Assembly (NCBI RefSeq): GCF_004010195.1
Contig: NC_057751.1
Location: forward strand, 7,300,553 to 7,362,896
Direction of reading: 5' to 3'
DNA from: Chiloscyllium plagiosum
Taxonomy: Eukaryota
Length of the DNA stretch: 62,344 nucleotides
The translations under genes were made by a program, and so were the position numbers. The notes under the pieces were generated by a model. That model saw only the letters and a program-made list of their open reading frames with translations, searched no databases and was not told the origin of the DNA. Each line of letters opens with the position of its first letter. Position 1 is the stretch's first letter. Below, piece by piece: positions 1 through 11,304 of the stretch.

Positions 1-250
1 AAAAGAGACGTAAGGGGCAACTTTTTCATGCAGAGGGTCGTACGTGTATGGAATGAGCTTCCAGAGGATGTGGTGGAGGCTGGTACAATTGCAACATTTA
101 AGAGGCATTTGGATGGGTATATGAATAGGAAGGGTTTGGAGGGATATGGGCCGGGTGCTGGCAGGTGGGACTAGATTGGTTTGGGATATCTGGTCGGCAT
201 GGATGGATTGGACCAAAGGGTCTGTTTCCATGCTGAACATCTCTATGACG
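1..250 (+). mobile_element. CR1 (HER1-like) LINE 3' end
   Basis: Encodes the CR1 ORF2 C-terminus (..RGNFFMQRVVRVWNELPEDVVEAGTIATFKRHLDGYMNRKGLEGYG..) and ends in the typical tail ..catctctatgac. Confidence 0.9.
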
Positions 251-254
251 CACA

Positions 255-980
255 GGTCTCATTCCACCTTGTCTTTTCCCAATCTATCACCATTCACATA
301 ATAGTCTTCCTTCCTGTATTTGCTGCCAGAGTGGATAGCCCTACATTTATCCAAATAATATTTGATGTGTCATACCTGTCACTGAACTTGTCCAAATCAT
401 ATGAAGCATCTCTGCATCCTTCTCACAGCTCAACTTTTCACCCGACTTTGGAGATATTACATTTCGTTCCCTCACCTGGACTCATTAAATATATATCGTG
501 AATAGTTGCTCCAGTCCTTGCCGTACCCCATGAGACATTGTCTACCAGTCAGAAAAAGGCCTGTTTACTCCTGCTCTTTGTTGTCTATCTGCCAACAAGT
601 TTTCTGTGCCTGTCAGTACACTACCTCTAAATCCAAATATTTTAATTGTCCACACTAATCTCTTTTGTGGGACTTCCGCTAAAGCCTTTTGAAAGTCCAA
701 ATAAATACTGGTTTCCCCCTCAACATGTCTACAAGTTACATTGTCAAAAAAATTCCATAAAATTTGTTAAAGCTGATTTCGCTTTCGTAGATTCATGCTG
801 GCTCTGTCAATTCTGACACTGTTTTTTGAGTGTAAATCTTTAATGATGGACTTCAGCATTTTCCCCATTACTGGTGTCAGGCTGACCAAACTGTAATTCC
901 CTATATATCATTTTTTAAATAGTGGGGTTACTTTAGTTACCCTGTGGTTTATAGAATCTTGAAAGATGACCACCAGTAAC
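255..980 (-). mobile_element. Degraded CR1 RT fragment
   Basis: Reverse complement resembles the DFQKAF and GVRQG regions of CR1 RT; many indels. Confidence 0.65.
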
Positions 981-1199
981 TCGGGGCAGCTAATTCAACA
1001 CAGCCCATGGATCTGGTATTTTGAGCTCTCGCCTGACGAAATATAATATTAAATGGTGTAATCGCTCACTGAACTGTACTAAATGCCTCCTCCATCCAGT
1101 TGGTTCAATAGTGGTACAGTTGGTTGACTAGTTCTGAGCATGCCTTCACTTGCTAACTCACATTGATTTTTAAACTGTTGTTCTTTATCGTTTGAGCTG

Positions 1200-1620
1200 A
1201 AGAAATAAGAACAGAGGAAGGATATTCAGCTCTGCAGACCCGCTATACCATTCACTCAGATGTTTCACTTTAGCTAAACATCTCATTTTTCCCATATCCT
1301 TTCGACTTCTCTTTCATATCCAAAATTCTAAAATCACCATCTAAAAGACCCTCAATGACTAAGCATGCATAGCCCCTGGAAGAGAGAATTCCAAAGTGAA
1401 GAAATTTTTCCTTTTCTCTGTGCTGGATGGTCGGTCCATTGTTTTGAGAATATTTTCTGTGAACGGTACTCCCAATCAGGTGAAACATGCTTTCAGCATC
1501 CCAAGACTTGAAAGCATTATTTTTGTTTTACTGAAACCATCTCTTAATCTTGGAAACTTTCAGGAGCATCGGCCTAATCTACTTAATCTCTCCTTCATCA
1601 GCATCCTCTGTCATCAAGCT
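1200..1620 (-). mobile_element. Old CR1 3' end fragment
   Basis: Tail-like agaaataagaacagaggaaggatattcagc followed by degraded ORF2 C-terminal sequence. Confidence 0.6.
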
Positions 1621-2295
1621 AATATCATTTCATTTGGTAGTTTTATAAAGCTCACCTTTCTCTAGCATTACCAAGTCTGCTGTCATTGTTAAAATGGCTG
1701 TTCTAGGGGAGCTTTGTCTGATTCTTGCAGATTGTTGTACTCAAAGAAAACAGTCACCTCACAATTTATAGCACAATAAAAATCCTTTGCATCCAACCCA
1801 ATGCAAATTCGCTGAAGGCTCGTAAAATCACATCTTTGATATGTATGTAATAGCTAGCTTTCCTAACACACACTCATGATGTTTCACCATCTGTTACTTA
1901 TTTTTTGCCCTTTCTGTTCAGTGTCTTAGAATGATTTCAGCATTAAAGACATCATGTAAATGCAGATGGTTATTTTAGAAGAAATCTGGTCAGGTTACTT
2001 TCGTACTAACATTGGTCGAATTCTTTGATTAGATTATAGCGTGTAACTCTCTCCCTGTCTCCCTGAAGTATTCTCTAATCTATATAAAGAACACTCAGAA
2101 CTTGTCTATTAGATTCAAGCCACTGAAAGGTGATCTTGCTGTCTTGGAAAAAGTGAATCGGGGTAATTGCTTTCAATTGTACAATGAGATTAGGCAGTTC
2201 GACTCGTCTTTATATACCAGTAAAAGACAACGTAGAACTGGTTAGGATGTTGTCACACAAAGAATTACCATCAGAAGGAATGGTATCCTGGTTCG

Positions 2296-2612
2296 TAGAA
2301 TCATAGAATCCCTATAGTGTGAAAGCAGGCCGTTTGGCCCATTGAATCCACACTGACTTTCCAAAGAGCATCACACTCAGATCCACCTCTCTCTCCTGTC
2401 CCTGCAATCCTCCATTCCCCTTGGACATTTTTGCATGGCCAATCTACCGAACCTGCATATCTTTGGACGGTGGGAGGAAACTGGAGCACCTGGAGGAAAC
2501 TCCCACAGACACAGGGAGAATGTGCAAACTCCATACGGACATGGTAGAGTCCAATCTGGGTCCCTGGCACTGTGAGGCAGCAATGCTAACCACTGAGATA
2601 CTATGCCACCTC
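2296..2612 (-). mobile_element. HE1-like tRNA-derived V-SINE (older subfamily)
   Basis: Minus strand shows a tRNA-like head (ggtggcatag..tggttagcattgctgcctcacagtgccaggg), the V-domain (gtatggagtttgcacattctccctgtgtctg) and a CR1-like tail. Confidence 0.85.
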
Positions 2613-3629
2613 AGTTGAGTAGTTCTGAGCAAAAGAGAATCGAAGAAGTAATTGCATGCTGATTTTAAATCATGGAAGGGTACAGAGGTCATTGTGACTG
2701 GCTTATCATTCATTTTTCTGTCAAGTATTTAATCAAGTCTCCCTTGACCATGCAATTGAACTTGCTTCCTCCAGCCTTTCAAGCAATGTATTTCAGATCA
2801 CAATTTGCTGTGTAAAAAAACAAAAACTTTCTCATGTTGTCTTGGATTCTCACATCGATCATGTGAAATCCATGTTCTCTCATTACTGATTCTTCTAAAA
2901 ACAGTTTCCCTTATTTACTCTTAACAAAACTGGAACAATTTTGAATGCCTCTTTCAAATCTCCTGTTAATCCCTGCTCAAAGAAGAATAGCCCCAGTTAT
3001 TCGTCATAATGAGACGGCCATTCTGGATGAATGAATTAAAATTATAAGTATGTTCTTGTTTCTCTAATTACCTTGTAAACATTTGCAGTAAATGATGCCA
3101 ACCATTTAAATTCTTTGATTGCTTTCCAGCCTGTCACTCAATCCTAGTTATCTCATATTCTTTCCATTCACCATTCCAGTCTGTAACTCACACCTACATA
3201 TTCATTATTCCATATATAAACCATTCATTTCCAAAACTAGGTTGGAAGAATGTCCCTCCAAATTCACTGAACAAACCAGAATCACTTCAGATATCGTTCA
3301 TGAAATCTATAAACAGCAGTAGCAAACTGCAGCAAAGAAAGGAACAGCGAACTAGTCCGTGGGTTGGCAAATGTGTTTAGGATGTTGAATTAGCTTTATA
3401 TTATTTGTTACCTGTTATGTAAGATATTTTGAATACTGCTCAATAGTTGTTTTCTCTTTTATTTTCACAGTTGATCTCTTTCCACAGCAATTATTTTGTC
3501 CCATGACCAGCTTGCAAACCTTTGAGAATTTGAATGGAGCCTGTCATCTAAGCCGGTCAGTAATTTTACTTTATCCACTTGATACTGATGCTGTACTGTG
3601 GCTTGTTAGAACCAAACAAAAATGATTTT

Positions 3630-3825
3630 AGGAAAACATAAAAATGCTGGAAGTCACAGCAGGTTAGACACCATCCATGGAGAGACAGCGAGTTAACGTT
3701 TCAAGTCTTGATGATTCCAAGATTAAGCTTGCTGTCTTTCTGTGGGTGCTGCCTGACCTGCTGTGATTTCCAAAACTTTTTTGTTTTGAGTGCATATTCC
3801 ACTATCTGCAGGAATTTGCTTTGAA
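3630..3825. mobile_element. Old palindromic Penelope-derived non-autonomous element
   Basis: Inverted arms aaatgctggaagtcacagcagg / cctgctgtgatttccaaaac; same architecture as the copies at 3980, 27262, 46631 and 62198. Confidence 0.6.
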
Positions 3826-3979
3826 AAATGATTTTTGGGATTTTGTTCAGGTTCTGTGCAGCTAAAACCACTAAAATGCTGTCAGTGGGGCAGGGAATGG
3901 ATACAGCAACTATCTTCTGATCCCTCCCATGGGAAGGTCCTGTTCACAACAGAATGGAGTGAGTACAGTTTCACCTAGG

Positions 3980-4171
3980 CAAAAGTGAGGACTGCAGATG
4001 CTGGAGATCGGAGTCAAGATTAGAGTGGTGCTGGAAAAGCAGAGCAGGTCAAGCAGCATCCAAGGAGCTGGAAAATCAACGTTTCGGGCAAAAGCCCTTC
4101 AGGAAAGCCTGATGAAGCCTGCTTCTCGGATGCTGCCTGACCTGCTGTGCTTTTCCAGCACCACTGTAATC
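3980..4171. mobile_element. Palindromic Penelope-derived element with hammerhead remnants and a 14-bp TSD
   Basis: Arms gtggtgctggaaaagcagagcaggtcaagcagcatcc / ggatgctgcctgacctgctgtgcttttccagcaccac; flanking direct repeat tgagtacagtttca at 3960-3973 and 4172-4185. Confidence 0.85.
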
Positions 4172-4299
4172 TGAGTACAGTTTCAGCTTTGGCTGTCTCC
4201 CTTCCATACCATTATATCAAAATGTTCAAGAGAGTGATGGTGCAATGGCCCTCCAATGTAGTAGGATGTCTGAGGGCCACGGAATGGAAATGTCACCTT

Positions 4300-4600
4300 C
4301 GGTTTAAAAGAAAATGGCTTAATGACAGAACACAGCGAATGGCACTTGGTTGTTTCTCACACTACAGAATGATAAACAGTGGTGCTTACCAAATTTGACT
4401 GCTAGCACCACTGCATATATCTACTGGTGTATGGTCTGCAAAGTAAACCTTCAAAATTTGCCAGTGGCAGCAAAGTTTAAAAATATGCCAATGAGGTTGA
4501 CTCCTGTTGGCTGCAAGAGGACAGAAGGTTGCAGAAAACTAATGGATGGATTTATTGCAACAGTGAGGTGATACCTTTTGGCAGATGGGATAGGGAGTTC
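4300..4600 (+). mobile_element. Very degraded CR1 RT fragment
   Basis: Reads ..KWLNDRTQRM..SGAYQ.., resembling the CR1 WL..RRQRV..SGVPQ motif. Confidence 0.45.
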
Positions 4601-5669
4601 CCAGACTGAAATCTGGCTTGATATATTTTTCTTTTTGGTTTTAATGAAGCTATCTCTTGCTGCAACATAAGCTTGGTGGTCTTGCAGATTTGGTTTAATT
4701 GGCCTATGGATTCAACTCCCAGTGTTGAGATTACGATAGTCCCTTCATGGAGCCTTTATACAATTGAGCTTAAATTTATCAACTTCAGGGATTGAACACA
4801 ACATGAATGAACTTTTGACTGAATTCCTTAAACTGAGCTTATCTATTTCTTAACAATTCCAATTAACTCCCTTTCTCAGAAGGAAATGTTTTCCACATCC
4901 AACTTCAGCCAAGACCCCATAGAGCTGTGTGGAACTGATGTTTTTCTCAAGAAATGTGTATTTCCCCAAAAATCAACTCCTGACTTTTGAAACAGAAGTG
5001 TAATGCACAACTGTTTATTTTGTTTCACCCATAAAATTATTGCAATGTAAACAAAAACCCATTACACTCCAGGAAGCTTTCTCTCACTTTGTATTTTAAA
5101 AGAATCACCATGGCTGCAACAAGATAAAGAAGTTAATGACTAAACCCTTTTAGGCAGACAGAAAACTCATATTTCACTGGTTAAAAATCCAAAATCCAAA
5201 CTCAAAGTAAATGACATGAACATGTATGTTGATATATTTAAAGCACACACCTTACAGCACACGCATCAATTCCTACCTTGAAGGACTTTTGTAAAATTTG
5301 GTGCAGCCAATCTTTCAAACTCAGATGTATCGAGCAATTGTCAACATCAAAAAAGCTTTTGAAACAAGGTTTTGGGAGGTTTGATGTTTCATGGTTTTGA
5401 GGAGCCAGGAAATAAGAACATCGAGTTCATGAGGCTAGAAAATGTCTTAAATCAGCCAATACGTAAGGAACAAAAGGGAGAAAGACAGTTTATGTGGAGA
5501 ACAAGAGATAAAGTACATACATTACACAAAACAAGGTATCAGTGAGAGTGAAAGAGTAAGAAACCAACTCATAACAGAGATGAATATTGGAAGGGTAAAA
5601 AAAGAAATAGCATCCAGATCCTTAATTTATGTACACGAATATGGAAAGGCTTATACTGTGCTATAAACA

Positions 5670-5990
5670 CCAAGACCTGTCAGTCCAATTAGTCTATGCT
5701 GACCAGATATCCCACCTGCCAGCTTTTGGCCTGTATCCCTCTAAACCCTTCCTGTTTGTGGACCCATGCAGATTCCTTTTAAATGTTGTAATCGTTCCAG
5801 CCTCCAACACTTTCTCTGGCAGCTCATTCCATGCACTCGCCACCCTCTATGTGAAAAAATTGCCCTGTAGGTCCTTTTTAAATTTTTTACCTCTCACCTT
5901 AAACTTATGCCATCCTGATTTGAACTCCCTTCCCCCTGTGAAAAGACTTTATCTATTTATTCTATCAGTGCCTGTCATGATATTATAAAC
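5670..5990 (-). mobile_element. CR1 3' end fragment
   Basis: Reverse complement of the CR1 ORF2 C-terminus and 3' UTR. Confidence 0.8.
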
Positions 5991-6690
5991 CACAGAGGTA
6001 TACAATATAGAAACGGGCCTTTTGGCCCAACTTGACCATGCCAACCAGGTTTCCTAAACTGAACTAATCCCCTAAGTGTGCATTTGGCCTATATCCCTCT
6101 AAACCTTTCCTGTCCATGCGCCTGTCCAAATGTTGTTATTGTACCCACTTCTACCATTTTCTGTGGCAGCTTGTTCGATATACATACCACGCTGTGTGAA
6201 AAAGTCACCTCTCACCTTAAACCAATACCATCTAGTTTTGGACTCCCCTATCCTGGGAAAGTGATCTTGCCTAATCACTTTAGCTATGAACCCCATGATT
6301 TTATAAACATCTATAAGGTCATTCTCAGCCTCTCGCGCAGCAGTCAAAGAAGTCCCATCCTATCCAATCTCTCCTTATATCCTTCCATTCTCAGTAATGT
6401 CCTTGTAAATCTTTTTTGCACTCTTTCCAGTTGAATAACATCCTTCCTACTGCAGGGAGACCAGAATTGTATGCAGTGCTCCAAATGTGGCCTTACCAAT
6501 ATCTTTTACAGAGATAACATGACATCCTGACTCCCGTACTCAGTGCTCAGACCGACAAAGGCACGCGTGCCAATTGCCGCTTTCATCCTGTCTTCCTATG
6601 ACGACACTCTCAAGAAACGATGTACCTGTACCCCTCAGTTTCTCAGCACTCTACCATTAACTGTATGTCCTGTTCTGCTTTGTCGTACCA
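5991..6690 (-). mobile_element. CR1 3' fragment (second, adjacent copy)
   Basis: ORF 6099-6347 ..DLIDVYKIMG..FPRIGESKTR..RGDFFTQR.. plus tail. Confidence 0.8.
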
Positions 6691-7076
6691 AAATGCAACA
6701 GCGAGGATGGTTGAAAAGGAAATGAGCAAAATCTATCAATTATATTGGCAAACTCTTTTTCTGCACAGTCGTGACAGGGACAAGCTTATGTCCAGCTGTA
6801 CATCTGAAAAGGTTTTTTATTTCCAGTACTTGCCCTATTCATGTTGTTCACTAAGTTGAGCAATATTATTTTGGATTTCTTTCTTTATCTCTCTGGCTGA
6901 TGGATCACTCTTATAATTGACTCGTGGTTGCTCGGAGAGTTGCTTGGACAGCCAGTGTCCAATCTATGTTGAGTTCATTTGATTGAACTCATTTGCTTCC
7001 ATACGTTAAATGCCAGCTGCATCGATGTCATGCACTGCCACTTTCAGAGGGCTGAGGGAAAATGATCAAAATAAAC

Positions 7077-7294
7077 TGAAATAACTCCACGGGGCTGGTA
7101 TCCTGTCACCCAGTCACCCTTTATTTACACGTAGAGAGTCCTTGACACTGATCGAGTCCCATCAGAGCCAGCTCTCAGAGTGAACAGAACCCCTGACACT
7201 CCTGTTTCTATCTGTCAGCCAGGGCTCCCTGATTGAATCAGCCTGAATCAGGGAGCTTAGATTCTGAGAGGTTCACCTTGCTGACTTTGTTACA
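7077..7294 (-). mobile_element. Short solo LTR (Gypsy-like family)
   Basis: TG...CA ends; minus-strand AATAAA and caatcaggg motif; homologous to copies at 13178, 22706, 42439 and about 43000. Confidence 0.7.
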
Positions 7295-7418
7295 CTCATT
7301 ACACCAACAAATGCTTTCACAGAGATTGGCATAAGAAAGATGACTTCTTGACTCTGTCTCAATTAGTAGACAAGACTTAGAAAACCCACACACCTGATGG
7401 GCCTGCCTTTTGAATGTG

Positions 7419-7458
7419 GTGTGTGTGTGCGTACGTACGTGTACACACACACACACAT
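7419..7458. repeat. Self-complementary (GT)n-cgtacgtacg-(AC)n microsatellite
   Basis: gtgtgtgtgtgcgtacgtacgtgtacacacacacacacat is an uninterrupted purine-pyrimidine alternation. Confidence 0.9.
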
Positions 7459-8899
7459 TTACGGCTTCACGCTGAAGGCAGTTTCAAAAAGCATCTGATC
7501 AATTCTTAGCTCAAGAGATGTCCTGAGCTGTAATTTTTTGCAATCAGCTAAAGGCTTTATTCAGTGCAGCAGTTCTCTGGAGGGAAGGAAACACAATGAA
7601 ATTCAAAACATCAGGCAGAATCTTTTAAATTTCCCCCTCCCCCACCGACCACCTAATTGGAAGCACTTCCATTTTCAGAAGCTCCTTGTTTCACTGAGTG
7701 TTCGGAAAATCATCTTGTCCAGATTTGGACTCCTGCCATCGGAAAATCTCAGGAGGGAAGCAAAGTTAAATCTAAATGAGTTCCACTTCCTCATCCTCCC
7801 TTCACAACATAAATGTTTGACCTCTATTCAGCAGCCTACTCTGTGTTATGAAGTAAAATCCATAAAGTGAAATAATCAAATTGATATTTATTACCATGTA
7901 TAAACTACCTCCTACATAAACCATTTTCTCCATGACAGATTGTTGAATTCATTTCTCCTTCTTTGGGGAGCGAGAAAATTCCAGCCTCATTTTTGCCTAA
8001 ATAGTGTTCTATCCTTCCCCAGTGAACCTTCAAACACTACTCAATTAATCCACTGCTCCTTTAACTGAAAATCTGAAGTGGTTAAACTGATGCCCTCCTG
8101 CAAACATGCACTGTACATTGCAATATTTGGAAATAAAAGCTAATTGTTCACCATAATATAACCTGAAATAGAAAATTTGGTACATCGGAACAGGGGGACA
8201 ACCCCAGAGTTTATCACACCATGCAGTTTGAACAGGACTGAACCGTAACCTAATTCCAAATGTTAGGACACAGCAGTGATCCCTTCTGTTAATTAAACCA
8301 AACACCCAGAAAAGCTCACCTCATCTCGTAATCTGTTAAAATATGAGTGGCAGAGAACTCCCAAATTTCACTATTTAAAGACAATAATATCAATTTATTC
8401 TTTAACTCTAAAAGTGAACATTAAACAACAACTATTCACAAGCCTCAGCCCCTCCTTTCTCAAAACTGCTTATTACCTGCCTCCAACTCTATAACAAATT
8501 ACTGTTCCAATAATTCACTTATTAAAATTACATGACCTTAATTTTGAAACTACACAGCCTTTGGTGTCTTTCTTCAGGCTGAGGATCTCCCTGGGTCGTT
8601 GTCTTTTTTTTCATTGCCAACGTTTCATGTGAAAAGGTAGCTTTGATAAAGAGTGTTTTCTAATTTCTTCTGTCTCCAATTTTCAAAATGCCTGCATTTT
8701 TTCCCCAACATGGGATCATCTGTGATTTTTGTGATGATTTGTAGCTCAGGTTGTGATTCAGATTGTAAGTCTACTCGCTGAGCTGGAAGATTTGTTCTCA
8801 GACATTTCATCAGTGAGCTTCCGTTGAAGTGCTGGTGTCTGTCCCACTTTCTATTTGTGTCTTGGTCTGTTGTGTTGGGTGATACTGCTTCTGATTCTT

Positions 8900-10270
8900 T
8901 TGCTGGGAGGTTGGTAAATGAGGGCCAAATCAATGTGTTTGTTGATGGAGTTCTGGTTTAAACGCCAGGCCTCTAGGAATTCCTGTGTGTGTCTTTGTTT
9001 CACCTGTCGCAGGATGCATGTATTGTCCTAGTTGAATTCGTGTCTTCCTTCATCTATGTAAGGATATTAGTGATAGTTGGTTGTGTCCTTTGGTGGCTAG
9101 TTGGTGCTGGTTTATCCTGGTGGCTAGTTTCCTGCCAGTCTGTCCAATGTAATGTTTGTTGCAGTCCTTACAGAGTCTTGCATATGACGTTCGTTCTGGT
9201 GGTCCTTTAAATTCATCAGAACTGTTTAAGTAGATTGGTAGGTTTGCGTGCAACCATGATGTCTCAGGGCTGGAGTAGTCTGGTTGTCATCTCCGAGATG
9301 CCTTTAATGTATGGTAGTGTGGGTAGAGTCTCTGGGTGTTGTGTCGTCTTGTTTAGATTTGTTGTGTAAGAATGAGCAGACTGTACACATCGGGTACCTG
9401 TTGTTCTTGAATACATTGTATAGAGGTGTTTTCTTCCGCATCTCATAGTTCGTGGGTGCTGCAGTATGTTGTGGCTCGTTTAAATAATGTCCTGATACAG
9501 TTCCATTTGTGGGTGTTAGGATGATTGCTGCTGTAGTTGAGTAACTGGTCTGTGTGTCACTCTCCTATAGATGCTGGTCTGCAACTCTCCATTGGCTTTT
9601 CATTCTACTGTGACATCTAAGAAAGGGAGTCTGTTGTTTCTGTTTGTCTTTGGTGAACTTTATACCAGTAAGCATGTTGTTTATGTGTTTGTAGATTTCT
9701 TCTCATTTGTTTGACATTTGTAATGACAAAGGTGTCATCCACAGAGCGGATCCAAACTAGGGCTGGATCCTGGGGAGGGCTGCTTGTTCCAACATCTGCA
9801 TTACTGCTTCTGCCAAGAATCCTGATATTGGTGATCCCATGGGTGTACCGTCGGTTTGTTTGTCAGTCGTGTCGTTGAAGGTGAAGTGGGTTGTGAGGCA
9901 CAGCTCTAGTTGCTTGAGGGTGCTGGCCTTGCTGAAGTAGTTGATGCTGTCTGGTGTTTGTGTCCTTGGTCCGTCTCGTAGTGCAGCCAGTGTTTCTTGA
10001 GCTAGGGTGTTGTTTATTGATGCGAATAGGGCCGTCACATGGAAGGAAACGATAACCTTATTGTCCTCTACCTTGGTGTCTTTGATGTTCAGGAATTCAT
10101 GGGTGGAATGGATAGACTGGCGTGAGTCTTCGGATAGGTATTTCAGTTTGCATTGAGGCTGCTTTGCTAGTCTGTGTGTTGGTATGCCGGGAAGTGAGAC
10201 TATGAGTCTGAGGGATGCCCCTGGTTTGTGTACCATTGGTAATCCTTCGAAACGGGGTGTGTTGGATTCT
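8900..10270 (-). pseudogene. Penelope RT plus GIY-YIG endonuclease, disrupted and 5'-truncated
   Basis: ORFs 9757-10236, 9264-9446 and 9050-9253 are frameshifted pieces of one PLE protein. Confidence 0.88.
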
Positions 10271-10463
10271 TACACAGCAATCCGAAACAAGAATACACAA
10301 GACACCCAGAGACTCTAGCCACACTACCATACATTAAAGACATCTCGGAGACTATGACCAGACTACTCTGACCCATGAGACATCATGGTAGCCCACACAT
10401 CTACCAACACGTTGAAACAGCTCTTGATCAGGACCCTGTACAACAAACAGCAGAACGAACGTC

Positions 10464-10730
10464 ATGTACCACAGACCCTGTAAGGACTGCAACAGACATT
10501 ATATTGGACAGACTGGCAGGAAATTAGCCACCAGGATATATGAGCACCAACTAGACACCAACAAGGGCACAGGCGATGAGAGACAGCAGTTCGACTGGGA
10601 CAACATATCCATCCTGCGACAGGCTAAACAAAGACACACACTAGAATTCCTCAAGGCCTGGCATTCAAACTGTAACTCCATCAACAAACACATCGACTCG
10701 GACCCCATTCACCAATCTCTTAGAAAATGA
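10464..10730 (+). pseudogene. Penelope GIY-YIG endonuclease domain (inverted arm)
   Basis: MYHRPCKDCNRHYIGQTGRKLATRIYEHQL..QFDWDNISIL..LEFLKAWHS. Confidence 0.88.
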
Positions 10731-10795
10731 TCCAGAAGTAATGTCACCCACCACAAGGCACAGAAATAGAAAGTGGGAGAGAACTTCAGTGGAAG

Positions 10796-10837
10796 CTCAC
10801 TGATGATGCTACCGAGCACGGTGATGAAACATCTGAG
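10796..10837 (+). ncRNA. Minimal type I hammerhead ribozyme motif (decayed) in the Penelope 3' terminus
   Basis: CTCA-CTGATGA-tgctaccgagcacggtgat-GAAA-C-ATC-TGAG gives stem I CUCA/UGAG, the core boxes, a stem II hairpin and an NUH site. Confidence 0.7.
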
Positions 10838-11304
10838 AACAAATCTTCCAGCTCAGTGAGCAAACTTACAACCTGATTGGGTTGTCTTATTGGTTTGATG
10901 TTGGCAAAAATATAAATGCAAATTCAGTTGGGTTTTAGTATCTTAGGGCATGGTTCAATTCGAATTGTTGTCAAACAGCAACCAACTCAGGTATCCATTT
11001 CACAGCCAAATGTTACATATTTTCAAATTTCCACTACACTCTGATAATGAAATCTAGTCATATCACACAGGTGCTTGTGAGCTCTCAGTTCAGAACAGCA
11101 TTCACACTTTCTTAAAGGTACAGTACATGCCTTCAATTTTGTAACACAGATCTTTACCTCCATATTGTCTACTCTTGTTGTTCAGAAGAAGTCCATCAGT
11201 TTCATGTTTAAAATTATCAGCAGTTCCACTGTCTAGCACCATTTGCAGATGTTTACAAGTTGGTTGATTTGGTTACCCTTTGTAATCTGAGGCTGAATAG
11301 GGAA

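Larger units (their letters stand above)
8722..10876. mobile_element. Penelope-like retroelement with inverted pLTR arrangement
   Basis: Minus strand carries RT (..GTPMGSPISGFLAEAVM.., frameshifted VDDTF motif) and GIY-YIG (HYIGQTGRKLATRI) from 10270 down to 8722; about 10285-10876 is an inverted plus-strand copy of the 3' portion. Confidence 0.92.
8261..11146 (-). mobile_element. Solo LTR (about 730 bp) split by a Penelope insertion
   Basis: Terminal inverted tgtta...taaca; flanks caaa/caga give a 4-bp TSD with one mismatch; minus-strand AATAAA near 8394. Confidence 0.6.

Noticed and set aside
3980..4171. DNA-transposon MITE, CRISPR repeat or miRNA hairpin
   Set aside because: TSDs are long and variable (11-16 bp), there is no spacer array, and the centre carries PLE-type hammerhead boxes.
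8705..8725. TSD for the Penelope insertion (tgggatcatct versus tgggttgtctt at 10878)
   Set aside because: The match is too degenerate to claim.
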